NCBI GenBank assembly: GCA_918797485.1
Contig: CAKKNE010000002.1
Coordinates: 2,232,001 to 2,296,000, forward strand
Origin: Pelagomonas calceolata
Lineage: Eukaryota
Length of the DNA: 64,000 nucleotides
Direction: 5' to 3'
In this document: positions 43,532 to 54,074 of the stretch, piece by piece
Layout: each line of letters begins with the position of its first letter
Position numbering within the stretch: the stretch's first letter is position 1
Program-made: the position numbers and the translations under genes
Notes under the pieces: model-generated
The model's database searches: none
Seen by the model: only the letters and a program-made list of their open reading frames with translations
Told to the model about the DNA's origin: nothing

Positions 43532-44766
43532 ATGCGACCGCTCGCGACCATGCTCATGCTGCGCTGCACGGCAGCGCTCGTGCCGAGGGCTCTCCCGCGG
43601 GTGAGCACGCGCCTGCTCTCGACGCAGACGGACGGCGTGACGGGCTGTGTGGAAATCAAATTTACGGCGCGTTCGTCCTGAATCGCCGCGTCGACCTCCA
43701 CGCCATCGACGCGACGCCTGCTCGATAGCGTGGCGGTGTCGGTTCCTCACCGCTCGACGGAGCCAGCGCGGCCATGTCGTCGCCGAGAAATGACTTAGTG
43801 AAGAATTATCGGGTACACCCGACCCACTGGTTGATTTCCACACAGGTGACGGGCACCAAATTCGAGGAACCCGACGAGAAGAAGAACCCCCAGCGCCGGG
43901 GCGGCCACCAGGTCAAGGGCATGAAGGAGGTCGACCCGGAGACGGCGAAGCGCATGGAGGCGGTCCGCGAGCACCAGTCGAACTGCCCGCGCCTGCCCTG
44001 GGCCGACGAGATCCGCACGATGGCGGCGCAGCCGCGCGGCTTCGCGTCGCTCTCGACGGTGTCGTGCGCCGAGGGCATCGAAGGCTTCCCGTCCGGGTCC
44101 GTCGTCGGCTTCGCGACGCTCGACGACGGCACGCCCATCTTTTGTTTTTCGGCTATGAGTGGTCACACGAAGAATCTGCTCGCGGACTCTCGGGCGTCGC
44201 TGACGGTGACGGAGCCGGGCTTCGAAGGGGCAGCGGATGCTCGAGCCGTCTTCACGGGCCGCGTCGTCCCCCTCAAGGCGGAACAGGCCGACGCCGCGCG
44301 CGAGGCCTACATCAAGGCGCACCCGACGGCCTTCTGGGCCCAGTTCGGCGACTTCAAGATGTACGGCATGACGGAGATGCTCGACGTGAGCTTCGTGGGC
44401 GGCTTCGCGCGCGCCGGCGGCGTCACGGTCGACGAATACTTGGAGGCGAGCGTGGACCCGTGCCTGGCCTTCTCCGAGCCGGTCATGGGCCACATGAACG
44501 GCGACCACGGGTCCTCTTTGAAACAGTACGTCGAGGTGCTCGTGGGCTGCGCGCCGGTGAAGAGCGCGCGCATGAAGCGGCTGGACCGGCTGGGCTTCGA
44601 CGTGCGCGTCGAGGACGCGGAGAGCGGCTCGACGGGCGTGCTGCGCGTGCCCTTCGACGAAGAAGTCACGGAGCGGAAGAAGATCAAGGACGCGATCGTG
44701 GCCCTCTCGAAGAAGTGCGCCGCCATCAACCCCGACTGGCGGCCGCACGGCTCCGAGGAGGAGTGA
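43532..44766 (+). CDS. HugZ/pyridoxamine-oxidase-like split-barrel protein with DUF2470-like domain; intron at 43637-43845
   Basis: Motifs GFPSGSVV, HTKNLLADSRASL, FVGGFARA, HMNGDH and LDRLGFD. Confidence 0.85.
43637..43845 (+). mobile_element. Introner intron, longest and most intact copy
   Basis: Perfect 15-nt TIRs and perfect 8-bp TSD GTGACGGG. Confidence 0.95.
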
Positions 44767-44792
44767 TTGCTAAGAATATTTGTATGACAGAC

Positions 44793-45557
44793 CTACGCCC
44801 CACCACTCCTCGCCACCAGCGCGACCGTCGCGACGGCCGCGCCCTTCCGGCCGCCGAACTCGAAGGTCGGGTAGGGCACGCGGTCCCTCTCGACGAATCC
44901 CCGCGCGGTAAATAGGGCGGAGACCTCGTCGGCCGTCGAGTTGCACGTCGTGATCACGAACACGCCGCCCGGCTTCAGCGCCGCGAGCACCGACGCCGCG
45001 TAGCGGTCCACGCTGGCGGTCGCCCCGAGCATGTACGCGTCGAAGGTGCCCTTGTCGAGCACGAGGCCGAACCGCTCCTCCAAATCCTCCAGGCGCGTCG
45101 CGTCGGCGTGGCAGAAGCGGACCTGGCTCAATCCGCGCTTCTGCCCGACGTTGGCCGCGAGCGCGACGGCCACCTCCGAGTAGTCGATGCCCAGGAAGCG
45201 CCCTTCCCGGTTCGCCGCCAGATCCAAAAGGAACACGGCCGAGCCGCAGCCGAGGTCGAGGACGCCGTCCTCCAGAGGACAGTTCTCCGTGACGTACTCC
45301 ATCAGCCGGTCGCCGACGTCATCCGAGAACCAGTCCACGCCCTCGTCGCTCGGGTCGTGCGCGAAGTTGCGCAGCTCGCGCTCGTAGACGCCGTCCCAGT
45401 GCGCGCGCGTGCCGAGCTTCGACTCGAGCGCCGTGACGCCGTCGGCGCGCTCGCCGGCGTCCGTGTCCAGCGCCTCGACGTGCTGTTCCCACGCCTGGCG
45501 GGCGGCGGCCCAGTCGAGCGTTTGCTGCTTGTCGTCGGCGCCGAGTTGTGAGGCCAT
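44793..45557 (-). CDS. METTL10: EEF1A lysine methyltransferase EFM4/METTL10-like
   Basis: Motifs SKLGTRAHWDGVYERELRNF, VLDLGCG, LDKGTFDA and YPTFEFGG. Confidence 0.85.
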   Translation of the reverse strand: MASQLGADDKQQTLDWAAARQAWEQHVEALDTDAGERADGVTALESKLGTRAHWDGVYERELRNFAHDPSDEGVDWFSDDVGDRLMEYVTENCPLEDGVLDLGCGSAVFLLDLAANREGRFLGIDYSEVAVALAANVGQKRGLSQVRFCHADATRLEDLEERFGLVLDKGTFDAYMLGATASVDRYAASVLAALKPGGVFVITTCNSTADEVSALFTARGFVERDRVPYPTFEFGGRKGAAVATVALVARSGGA

Positions 45558-46032
45558 ATGGCGCGTTTTTGAGGCGCAGAGCTGGCAATTTGACCTTCCA
45601 AGCGGTGTTGTTGCAACACAGAACGGCTGCTGCGACTTGTACGCGCGATGCACCAATGTGACGCTCAGGGCCCCCCTTTTGCAGCCTAGATAAAAGACAC
45701 TAGACTCAAACCCGCGCAACCCCTTGGACTGCCCATCTGTCTGGTACTCGTCCTAACAGGTACCGCGCCCCGTAGGACTCGAAGACAGCATGGTGCTGCT
45801 GCCACTCAGTAATGACAAGCTCAGTGCAGGGCCAAAAACCGGGCGTCCTGTGCGGCATCGCTGGTGATTCGGACGGCGTCGGCTCAGCATTCATTGTGCT
45901 TGTTGGCGTCGAAGCAGTTGCGAGAGTTTTAACCGACGCCGACCTTCTCAAACCAGACCTCTAAAGCTGCCGTCAGAGTGCAGTGAAAAAACACCCTCGG
46001 CCCGACCGATCGCTGCCGGCGGCGCTGCCAAA

Positions 46033-47362
46033 ATGGCGGCTCACAGAGTGCTCTCCTTGGTAGCACTCCTCGTCGCACCAACCACCGCACTGAGCTACGA
46101 CCCGGCGCGGTCGCTCGCGCCGCTGCACCGCCTGCTCTTGCAGCGCACGGTGCAGACGCAGACGGTCTATCTGACGGACTTCCACGACGAGGCCAAGGCC
46201 CAGTGGCTCGCGAACTACCTGGACCCGCAGGCGCCCATGGACACGGTGCGCATGTCGAACACGGAGTGTTTGCCGCGCTACAACGGTTTGGACGGCTTCC
46301 CGCACGCGACGAACGAAGAGTACCTAAGGACGATGATCCGGAGCGAGCCCATCACCTACGAAGTCCGGTACAAGGTCGGGACCTGGGCCGGCGGCAACCA
46401 GGGCACCGGCGGCGCGGTCGGGCCCTCGGAGGAGCCCGCGGCGGACGAGGCCTTCCGCAAGGGCATGGAGCAGAAGCAGACCTTGGACTTCTGGGGCGGC
46501 TCGAACAACGCCGCCGCCGCGAGCACGCGGCGGAACAACCCGTTCCTCGGCGAGCACACGGCGAAGTACCGCGAGTACGAGGAGACGATCGTGCCCTCGC
46601 GCTTCGCCCAGCTATTGATGACGACGCAGCAGCAGCTCGCCAAGGAGTGGCGGCGGGACCTCTGCGCCATCTACGACGGGTCGCTAATCCTGCCGCGCGA
46701 CCCCGACGCCGACGAGGCGCAGGCCATCGCGGCGGAGCAGTCGCTCTCAGTGCACAAATCAAATTGGCGGGGCGCGCCTCTTCCACGCCATCGACGCGAC
46801 GTCAGCACGACGGCGTGGTGGTGTGGTCTCTCGCCGCTCGTGAACCCGACTCACTGGTTGATTTATGCACAGGTCGCTCTACGCGCGCGTGATTCGCGAC
46901 AAGGCCATGGGCGAGGACCCGGACGAGCTCGGGCGGTTCGCGACGTCTCCGCTGCGGGCCGCGAACCTGGATCTGTGCGAGCGGCTGGCGACGCGCGTGG
47001 CCGCGCGCGAGCTTTGCGTGGACGGCGACCTGTCGCCGGCCCAAGCGCGACGCCTGGAGGAGTGCCTCGAGCGCCTCGAGAGCAGCGAGCCGGCCGAGCC
47101 GGAGGCCGGGCCGACGGACGACATCCACGCGGCGCTCGCCGCGAAGCTTGAAACCATGACGCGCGTCGACGCCTTGGGCGGCCACGCGCGACGCCGCGGC
47201 CTCGCGCGGCGGTGGCTCGAATCGCTCGAGGACGAGGCGCTCGCGGACGTCGTCCGCCGCCGCCGGAACGAGCTCGCGCGGCACTGGGCCGAGTCCGTCG
47301 TGGACGAGGTCGCCGCGACGCACGCGCTGCTGCTCCGGGAGTCGCTCGAGAGCCAACTCTAA
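46033..47362 (+). CDS. Hypothetical signal-peptide protein; intron at 46740-46872
   Basis: Two ORFs joined in frame by introner removal (EQSLY). Confidence 0.75.
46740..46872 (+). mobile_element. Introner intron
   Basis: TSD GTCGCTCT on both sides; CAGTGCACAAATCAA...TTGATTTATGCACAG. Confidence 0.9.
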
Positions 47363-47402
47363 CTTATTATAAATGTTACTAGTATAGACACCATGTGATT
47401 AC

Positions 47403-48762
47403 TCAGGCGGTCACGAACATCTTTTCCAGCTGGAAGGTCCCGTAGATCACGGGCCACATCGCCAGCAGCGGCCACGACGCGAGGAGCGCCTCGCGCGGCA
47501 GCTCGAAGGACAGCTTGTTCTCGTCGAACTGGTCCTCGTTCTCGAGGTCCGCGTTCAGCGACGCGTCCAGCTCGAACTCGCGCGTCAATTCGATCTCGAG
47601 CGTCGGGTCGACGCCGAACGGCTCGACGACCTCGAGCACCTCGGCGTCCTCCTCGAGGCCCCGCTCCGCCAGGCGCGCCTCCTTGTCGTCGTTCGCGACC
47701 TTGGACAGGATCGTGACCCAGACGATCTCCATGACGTCGACCCACAGCAGTTTCAGATCCAACGGCACGAGGTGCGAGAACGAGATGCAGTGCACAAAGG
47801 GCCAGAAGCGCCACGAACTCCGCAGCGCCGGCCACGACGTCGCCTGGACGTCCTTCCAGACCTCGCGCGGGTCCCGCAGCGCAAACGTGCCAATCAGGAA
47901 GGAGTAGCACGCGTTGAGGTAGAGAGACCACACGGTCTGGTCCGCCAGGACCTTGACCCCCGTCCCGTACCAGGCCCCGTCAAAGTCCAAATAAGTCTCC
48001 ATGAAGACCTGTGTGGAAATCAAATTTCGGACGCCCCACGCCATCGAACTACATCTGCTCGTTGATTTCCACACGGATGAAGACCATCCAGTAGTGGCAG
48101 AGCGGGCCGTGGCCCACGAAGCCCGCGGCGCCCGACCGCGCGGACCGCGCCAGGTCGACGGTCTTCAGGGTCCGGCCCTGGTAGACCTGCGACACGAAGT
48201 CGCCCAGCGTGTAGGCGACGCCCGATGTGCAGGCCTTGTAGAAGACGGGGTTCGTCGGCACCAGGGCCTCGTAGCCCCGGATGGAGTCGCCCGGCAGCTT
48301 CGCGAGGAGGTCCACGGACGTCGCGAGGCGGTAGGCCAGCGCGTCCTCCATGGGCCGGTCCTCGGGCAGCGTGTACTTAAAGAGCGCCAGAATGGCCTCG
48401 ACGTCCACGTGGAGCAGCTCGTAGCCGACGCCGATCGCCACGAACGCGAGCACGGCGGCGTTCACGTACGCGATGAGGTTGAGGCGCTGGATCACGGCCA
48501 GCCGGTCCGCGGCGGCCTGGCGCCGCGCGGCCTTCATCTCGCGCTCGTAGGCGGCGTCGTCGTAGTCGACGCCAGTATCCGCGGCCAGCGCCGTCGACGG
48601 CCGGTCGCCGGCCGCGTCTTTCACGGCCGCGAGCACGGGAGTCCTCCTTCTTGCCGTTGGTCGCGCGCGCTGGCACGGCGTTGGGGCGAGGCCGTCCGCG
48701 GCCAGTATTGCGCAGGCGACGAGTACTGTTGTGAGTTTCCGCTTTTGCAGCAGCAGCATCAT
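47403..48762 (-). CDS. Mpv17/PMP22 family membrane protein; intron at 48009-48084
   Basis: Motifs KACTSGVAYTLGDFVSQ, HGPLCHYW, KVLADQTVW and WRFWPFVH. Confidence 0.9.
48009..48084 (-). mobile_element. Introner intron
   Basis: TSD ATGAAGAC on both sides; near-perfect TIRs. Confidence 0.95.
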
Positions 48763-49020
48763 GCTGACCCACGGCAGCAATGAGATAGCTCTTTCCTCGT
48801 TCTTTTTCTACGATCGCCGAGCGATATCAGTTGCACACTACGAATTGCTGTGATAGCGTATCCTTACGCGGTGTGACGAAGGTATGACTCCGCTGTGTGT
48901 CGACAGTGGCGCATGATGAGGTGCTGGCTGATTGGCCAGTCAACGAAACCACGACTCCGTCCGCGAAGTAGATTACTCTGGCTGACGTCGCACAGGCCCA
49001 AGCGGACTCGCGGCTTTTTC

Positions 49021-49132
49021 TGCTAGCTAACAGCGCGACGCGCGCTAAAAGGCACTCATACAAAACAGACTAACTCGCTGCTAGCTAACTAGCGCGACGC
49101 GCGCGAAAGGCACTCATACAAAACAACTAACT
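49021..49132. repeat. Tandem duplication with a unit of about 58 bp
   Basis: TGCTAGCTAAC(T)AGCGCGACGCGCGC..AAAGGCACTCATACAAAACA occurs twice. Confidence 0.85.
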
Positions 49133-49945
49133 GGAGAGGGGCAAACACGCGCTCCCCACGGCCGTGAACCCGCCGTCGACGGCGAGGTCCTGGCCGTGGA
49201 CCATCTTGCACTCGTCCGACAGGAGGAACAGGACGGCGTCGGCGACGTCGGAGGGCTCGGGGAATCGTCCCAACGGGATGCGTCCGAGCATCGGCGCCGA
49301 TTTAGCTGGATCCGCCCACGCCTGGCGGCCCATGTCCGTCATGGTGACGGTGGGGCTCACGGCGTTGACGCGGACGCCGAGCAGACCGAGCTCCAACGCC
49401 ATGCAGCGCGTCAGCTGATTCAAGGCGCCTTTGGACGAGCAGTAGGCCGCCCGGTGGGGCATGGCCCAGCGCCCCGACGGCACGGACGAGATATTCACCA
49501 CCGCTCTTCCACTTGGAGACGGGTTCGCCGCCCAGAGTTTGGCGACAGCCTGCGTCAGGAACATGGGACCGCGCACGTTCGTCGCGTAATGCGCGTCCCA
49601 GTCCTCCGGCGTCACCTCCAGAAACGGCGTCGGCCGCGCCACTCCCGCGCAGTTCACGACCAGATCAATACGCCCGAAGGCGTCCCACGCCGTCTTGACG
49701 CCCTCGCGGCACGCTTGCGCGTCGGCTACGTCTAGGGCGAAGCCGCTGAAGGAGTCCTTGAAGCTGTTGTTCAGCTCCGCGAGCGATTCCACCGAGCGCG
49801 CCACGCCAAAGACGCGGCAGCCCTCCTCGACGAGCTGGACGCAGACCTGTCTTCCTATTCCCCTACTCGCGCCGGTGACCAGCGCTACTTTGCCGTCGAA
49901 GCGCCTGGCGTCGACCTGGCTGGCCGAGCTGGACTGCTGGAGCAT
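49127..49945 (-). CDS. Short-chain dehydrogenase, L-xylulose reductase (DCXR)-like
   Basis: Motifs TGASRGIG, YCSSK, VNAVSPTVTMTDMG and VDGG. Confidence 0.9.
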   Translation of the reverse strand: MLQQSSSASQVDARRFDGKVALVTGASRGIGRQVCVQLVEEGCRVFGVARSVESLAELNNSFKDSFSGFALDVADAQACREGVKTAWDAFGRIDLVVNCAGVARPTPFLEVTPEDWDAHYATNVRGPMFLTQAVAKLWAANPSPSGRAVVNISSVPSGRWAMPHRAAYCSSKGALNQLTRCMALELGLLGVRVNAVSPTVTMTDMGRQAWADPAKSAPMLGRIPLGRFPEPSDVADAVLFLLSDECKMVHGQDLAVDGGFTAVGSACLPLSS

Positions 49946-50308
49946 CCTGACTGTGAACAGTGTTTGCTCTGTAGTCGTCCAAAAAAGACCGCTTTTAAGC
50001 ACGGCTGAAATACAAAATAGTCACAGACTGGGCGGGGAAAGTACAATGTCCCGCGTAGGGTAAGTCTTTGCCCAAAATAATCGATAGCGTCAGTAACACA
50101 CTAGGTTAGCAACAAGCTTTTACCTGGGCCAGCCAATCACCAGTCCTGGGAAACGCTTAGGCCCTTTTTTGGGCGTCTATGCATTGGGGCTAGAGTTTGC
50201 GGCCTGCTCTTACGATTTTAACAGCTACTACCACCAGAGAGCACGCCGTAACAAAAGCTTGCATCGGCAGCGTTGCAGAAAAAGATGCAGCAATAGCACA
50301 GGGCACGC

Positions 50309-52039
50309 ATGCGCCTGATGCGCCTCGGCCGCCTGCTCTCGTTCATGTCGTCGCGTGCGAGGGTGCTCCCACCAGCCTCGCTCACGGCCGCGATCGAGTC
50401 GCTGCCGGCGGCGCCGGAGAGCGTGGCGGCGCTGGCAAGGGTGCGGGCCGCGCTCGACGACGACGACGGCATCGACGCGGACGAGCAGCTGGCCGCCGCG
50501 GCCGCGGCGGCCGCGACGGCGCTGGAGCGGGCGGCGCACCGCCACGGCAAGCGCGGCTGGACGACGCTGCGCGACGCCGCGCGGCCGGCGGCCGCCTCAC
50601 CTGCGGCGGCCTGCGGGCTGGGGGCCGCGCTCGCGCTGTGGCGCGACCGGCGGCAGAACACGACGGCGCCGCACGGCGATGCCGCGCCCTCGCGGGCGGC
50701 GGCGGCGGCGCTGTTCGCGAGCGTCGACGCGCCGCTCGCCGGCGCGGGGCCCGTCGTCGACGCGCTGCTGCCGCACAAGCCGGACCTGAAGATCGTCGCC
50801 GGCTTCGCGCGGAGCGCGCGGTGCGACGTGGAACCCGCCAGGGCGGCGGCGGCCGTGCGGCGCGAGGTGCTGAGCACAGACCCGCCGCCGCCGCGCGACG
50901 CGATCGGGGGCGCGCTGGCGCTCGCCGCGGAGGTCGGCGCCTGGGACGCCGCGTGCCCGCCGGCCGCGCTCGTGACCGTCGCGGCGGAGGCCGGGCTCTG
51001 GGCCGCGGCCGAGGGCCTCGTCAAGGCGGCGCGCGACCGCGGCGACGCCGGCGCCGCGCCGGCGGCGGAGACGCTCGTCGACGCCTGCCTCGAGCGCGGC
51101 CTGCACCGCCAGGCCGACACGCACGCGTCGCAGTTCTCCGACCTCTGCGGCGCGGGGCGCCTCGTCGAGGCGCGCCTGCGCCACGGCGAGGACACTATCC
51201 GCAAGGTCGTGAAAAAACAACAATTCCAGCTCGTGGAAAAGGTCGTGGCGGGCGTCGACCGGGCCGCGCGGCAGAATAAAGACGTGGAGGCGCGGCGGCG
51301 CGTCCGCGCCGTCGCGCTCGAGGTGCTCGCGGAAGCGTCGGAGCGGGCGCTCGCGCGGGACCTGCGCAACACGTGGGCGGCGCGGGACGGCGTCGAGGTG
51401 GACCTGGGCTTCGCCGACACGGGCGACCTGGCGGTGCTGGACGCGGCGGCGCGGCGGGCCAAGTACGTGCAGTGGGACGAGGTCCTGCCGGCGGTGCCGG
51501 AACTTATTGACGACGCGACGCGCCTCGACGCCGCGGTCGACGAGTTGGGCGCCGGGCCGCGGGCCTTCGACGTGGAGTGGTCCGACAGGGCGGGCGCCGC
51601 GCTTTTGCAGCTCGCGACGAAGGAGGGCGCCGTCATCCTCGACGTGCCGCGGCTCTGCGCGTCGCGCGAGGGCTGCGCGGCGCTGCGGCGCGCGTTCCGG
51701 GGCGCGCCGCTGCTGGGCTTCGGCTGCTCGCAGGACCTCGCGCGGCTCCGCGCGACGCCGGCGGCCGCGCCGTGGGTCGACGCCGACCAGGAGGTCTACG
51801 ACCTGCAGACGGCCCTGACGCAGAAGCGGGGCGGGCCCGGCCTCGCGGCCGCGGCGAAGGCGTACCTGGGCAAGGCCCTCGACAAGTCGCAGCAGTGCTC
51901 CGACTGGGACGCGCGGCCCCTCTCCGAGGCGCAGCGCGCATACGCGGCGCTGGACGCCGTCGCCGTCTTGCTGATCCACGAGAAGCTCCGGAGCGTCGAC
52001 GACGCCATCGAGAAGCTCCGGCGGATCCCGCCGAGGTAG
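50309..52039 (+). CDS. DEDDy 3'-5' exonuclease (EXD3/mut-7-like)
   Basis: Motifs FDVEW, LLQLA and LDKSQQCSDWDARPLSEAQRAYAALDA. Confidence 0.85.
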   Translation: MRLMRLGRLLSFMSSRARVLPPASLTAAIESLPAAPESVAALARVRAALDDDDGIDADEQLAAAAAAAATALERAAHRHGKRGWTTLRDAARPAAASPAAACGLGAALALWRDRRQNTTAPHGDAAPSRAAAAALFASVDAPLAGAGPVVDALLPHKPDLKIVAGFARSARCDVEPARAAAAVRREVLSTDPPPPRDAIGGALALAAEVGAWDAACPPAALVTVAAEAGLWAAAEGLVKAARDRGDAGAAPAAETLVDACLERGLHRQADTHASQFSDLCGAGRLVEARLRHGEDTIRKVVKKQQFQLVEKVVAGVDRAARQNKDVEARRRVRAVALEVLAEASERALARDLRNTWAARDGVEVDLGFADTGDLAVLDAAARRAKYVQWDEVLPAVPELIDDATRLDAAVDELGAGPRAFDVEWSDRAGAALLQLATKEGAVILDVPRLCASREGCAALRRAFRGAPLLGFGCSQDLARLRATPAAAPWVDADQEVYDLQTALTQKRGGPGLAAAAKAYLGKALDKSQQCSDWDARPLSEAQRAYAALDAVAVLLIHEKLRSVDDAIEKLRRIPPR

Positions 52040-52074
52040 GTAGCACATTAAATTAGTTAAAAATCTCCCCGGAG

Positions 52075-53326
52075 TCAGCCGAGGCCCTCCCAGCCGCCCC
52101 GGTTCCAGTCCTCCTCGTCGGAGTCGACCTGGGCGCTCCGTTTGGCGTCGCAGGCGGCCGCCGTCGAAAGGGCGAGCGTCGCGAGGTCGACGCGCGGCGC
52201 GTCCGGCCCCTCGAAGAAGCGCGCCCCGAGCGCCTCCGCCGCCGTCGCGCGCCGCGTCGGCTCGAGCACGAGGATGGTCCCTATCAGCTCGAGCGCCGCC
52301 GCGTCGGCCCGCGGGCAGACCTCGGCGAGCGGGAGGGGCTCCATGGCCTTGAAGCAGATCTTCGGAAAGTCCGGCGTCGCCGCGGCGGACGGGAACCGCT
52401 CGGCCGTTGGCGAGCCCATCTTTTTGAAGACGACGAGGAGCTGCTCGATGTCGCTGCGGCCCTCGAAGAGCACGTAGGCGTGCAGGATTTCCGCCAGGAC
52501 GACGCCGACGGCCCAGAGGTCGATGGCCGTCGTGTACGAGCGCGCGCCGAAGAGCAGCTCGGGGCTCCGGTACCACCGCGTGCTGATCTGGTGCGAGAAG
52601 TCGCTTTTTTCACCCTCCTTTGCGACGAGGGGCCGCGCCTGGCCGAAGTCGCCGACCTTGAGGACGCCGGCGTCCGTGATCATGAGGTTGCTCGGCTTGA
52701 CGTCGCGGTGGCAGAGGGCCCGGGCGTGGATTTCGCCTGCGCGCGGACGGACGGCGTGAGTTGTTCGCCCTCCACGCCGTCGACGCGGACCGGTGGTCAA
52801 TCAGGGACGCGGGCCACGGACGCAGCCCCAGCAGCGCCATGCGCGTCCAGGCCCGCGCGACGGGCGCGTCGAGGGGCGCCTTGCGCACGTCCATGACGCT
52901 CTTGAGGTCCGTCGCGCAGAACTCGAGGACGATCGCGATGTTCGGCCCGCGCGGGAAGTGCGCCACGTACTGCGTCACGTGCTCGACGCCGACGAGCTCC
53001 CGCAGGCACCAGATCTCCCTGAGTAAGCCCTTGGGGACGCTCTCGCCGTCGTCGCGCTCCGCGCCCGGCACGCCCGACAGCCGTGCGAGCTTGACCGCCA
53101 CGCGCGCCTGCGTCAGCCGGCAGAAGCCCTCGTGGACGTCGCCGAAGGCGCCGCCGCCCACGTTCCTTCGTAGTTCAAAGCGCCGCTTGTCCGGCAGGTC
53201 GCCGATGCCGCTGCCGGGGACTTCGGGCGCCTCGCCGCAGCCCTCGAGGATGTCCTCCTGGAGGGCCGGGCTGTGGTCCTCGGCGTAGGTCTCGCTCTTG
53301 CAGTCGTCGTCCGCGAGGCTACTCAT
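52075..53326 (-). CDS. Cyclin-dependent kinase-like (CDK20/CCRK type); intron at 52737-52821
   Basis: Motifs GGGAFG, VAVK, HRDVKPSN, DFGQAR and TRWYRSPELLFGA. Confidence 0.9.
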
Positions 53327-54074
53327 CGCACACTGCTCAATTACTCTGTGGGCCTCTCACTCTGTGCTACTCACGTTTGCGCACGCCTTGCAGAGCACGC
53401 GACAGCGGCAGGCGTGCGGCAAAATGCTTTTTCTTCACTCTTAGGCCGCACTTGGCCTTTAGAACTGCTCCTATGGCCCCTATGGCCCCAAAAGGTAAAT
53501 AGAGCCAAATCGCGCGTTTTTTTTTTGCAAATTAACGGGTTTCTTTCGCGAAAAAAAATCAGTGCATTACGCACTAGCCCCATCACCCCATCTCAAAAGT
53601 CAAGACGATAGCACACCTGTGGCCCCCACCCCACGCCCGCAGCGTAGCACCTGCGAGAGGCTGGCTTATGACCTGCCAGAGGGACGGATGCTAGAATGGA
53701 CTTCACTCGGTCTCAGACTAAGCAATTTTCCTAGTTTTTGTTTAGGCTTGTGGCATGGGCCTGTCTGCACCTCTGGTGCCGGACTTGTGGCGGGAGGGCT
53801 GGGTCACGCGCCGTCGCAAGCTGGGATAGGGGGTGCTCTCCAAGCCAAAGGGCGCGGAGTCGCTCTCGACAAAAGAGCCTCTGCGCGGCCCAAATTGCCA
53901 TTGCACGAGCCAACGCCACAGCGCCCTCAACTTCATCAATTTACTGTGCCGCCCGCGCCAGAAACGCGGCGCTTCGCGCAGCATTTCCCAGCGATTACAG
54001 GATTTTAGGCGGGCCCGCCACAGCCGCCAAAAGTAGCCAAAACGCTAGCAAACCCTCCCGAAAAAAAACTCAAA

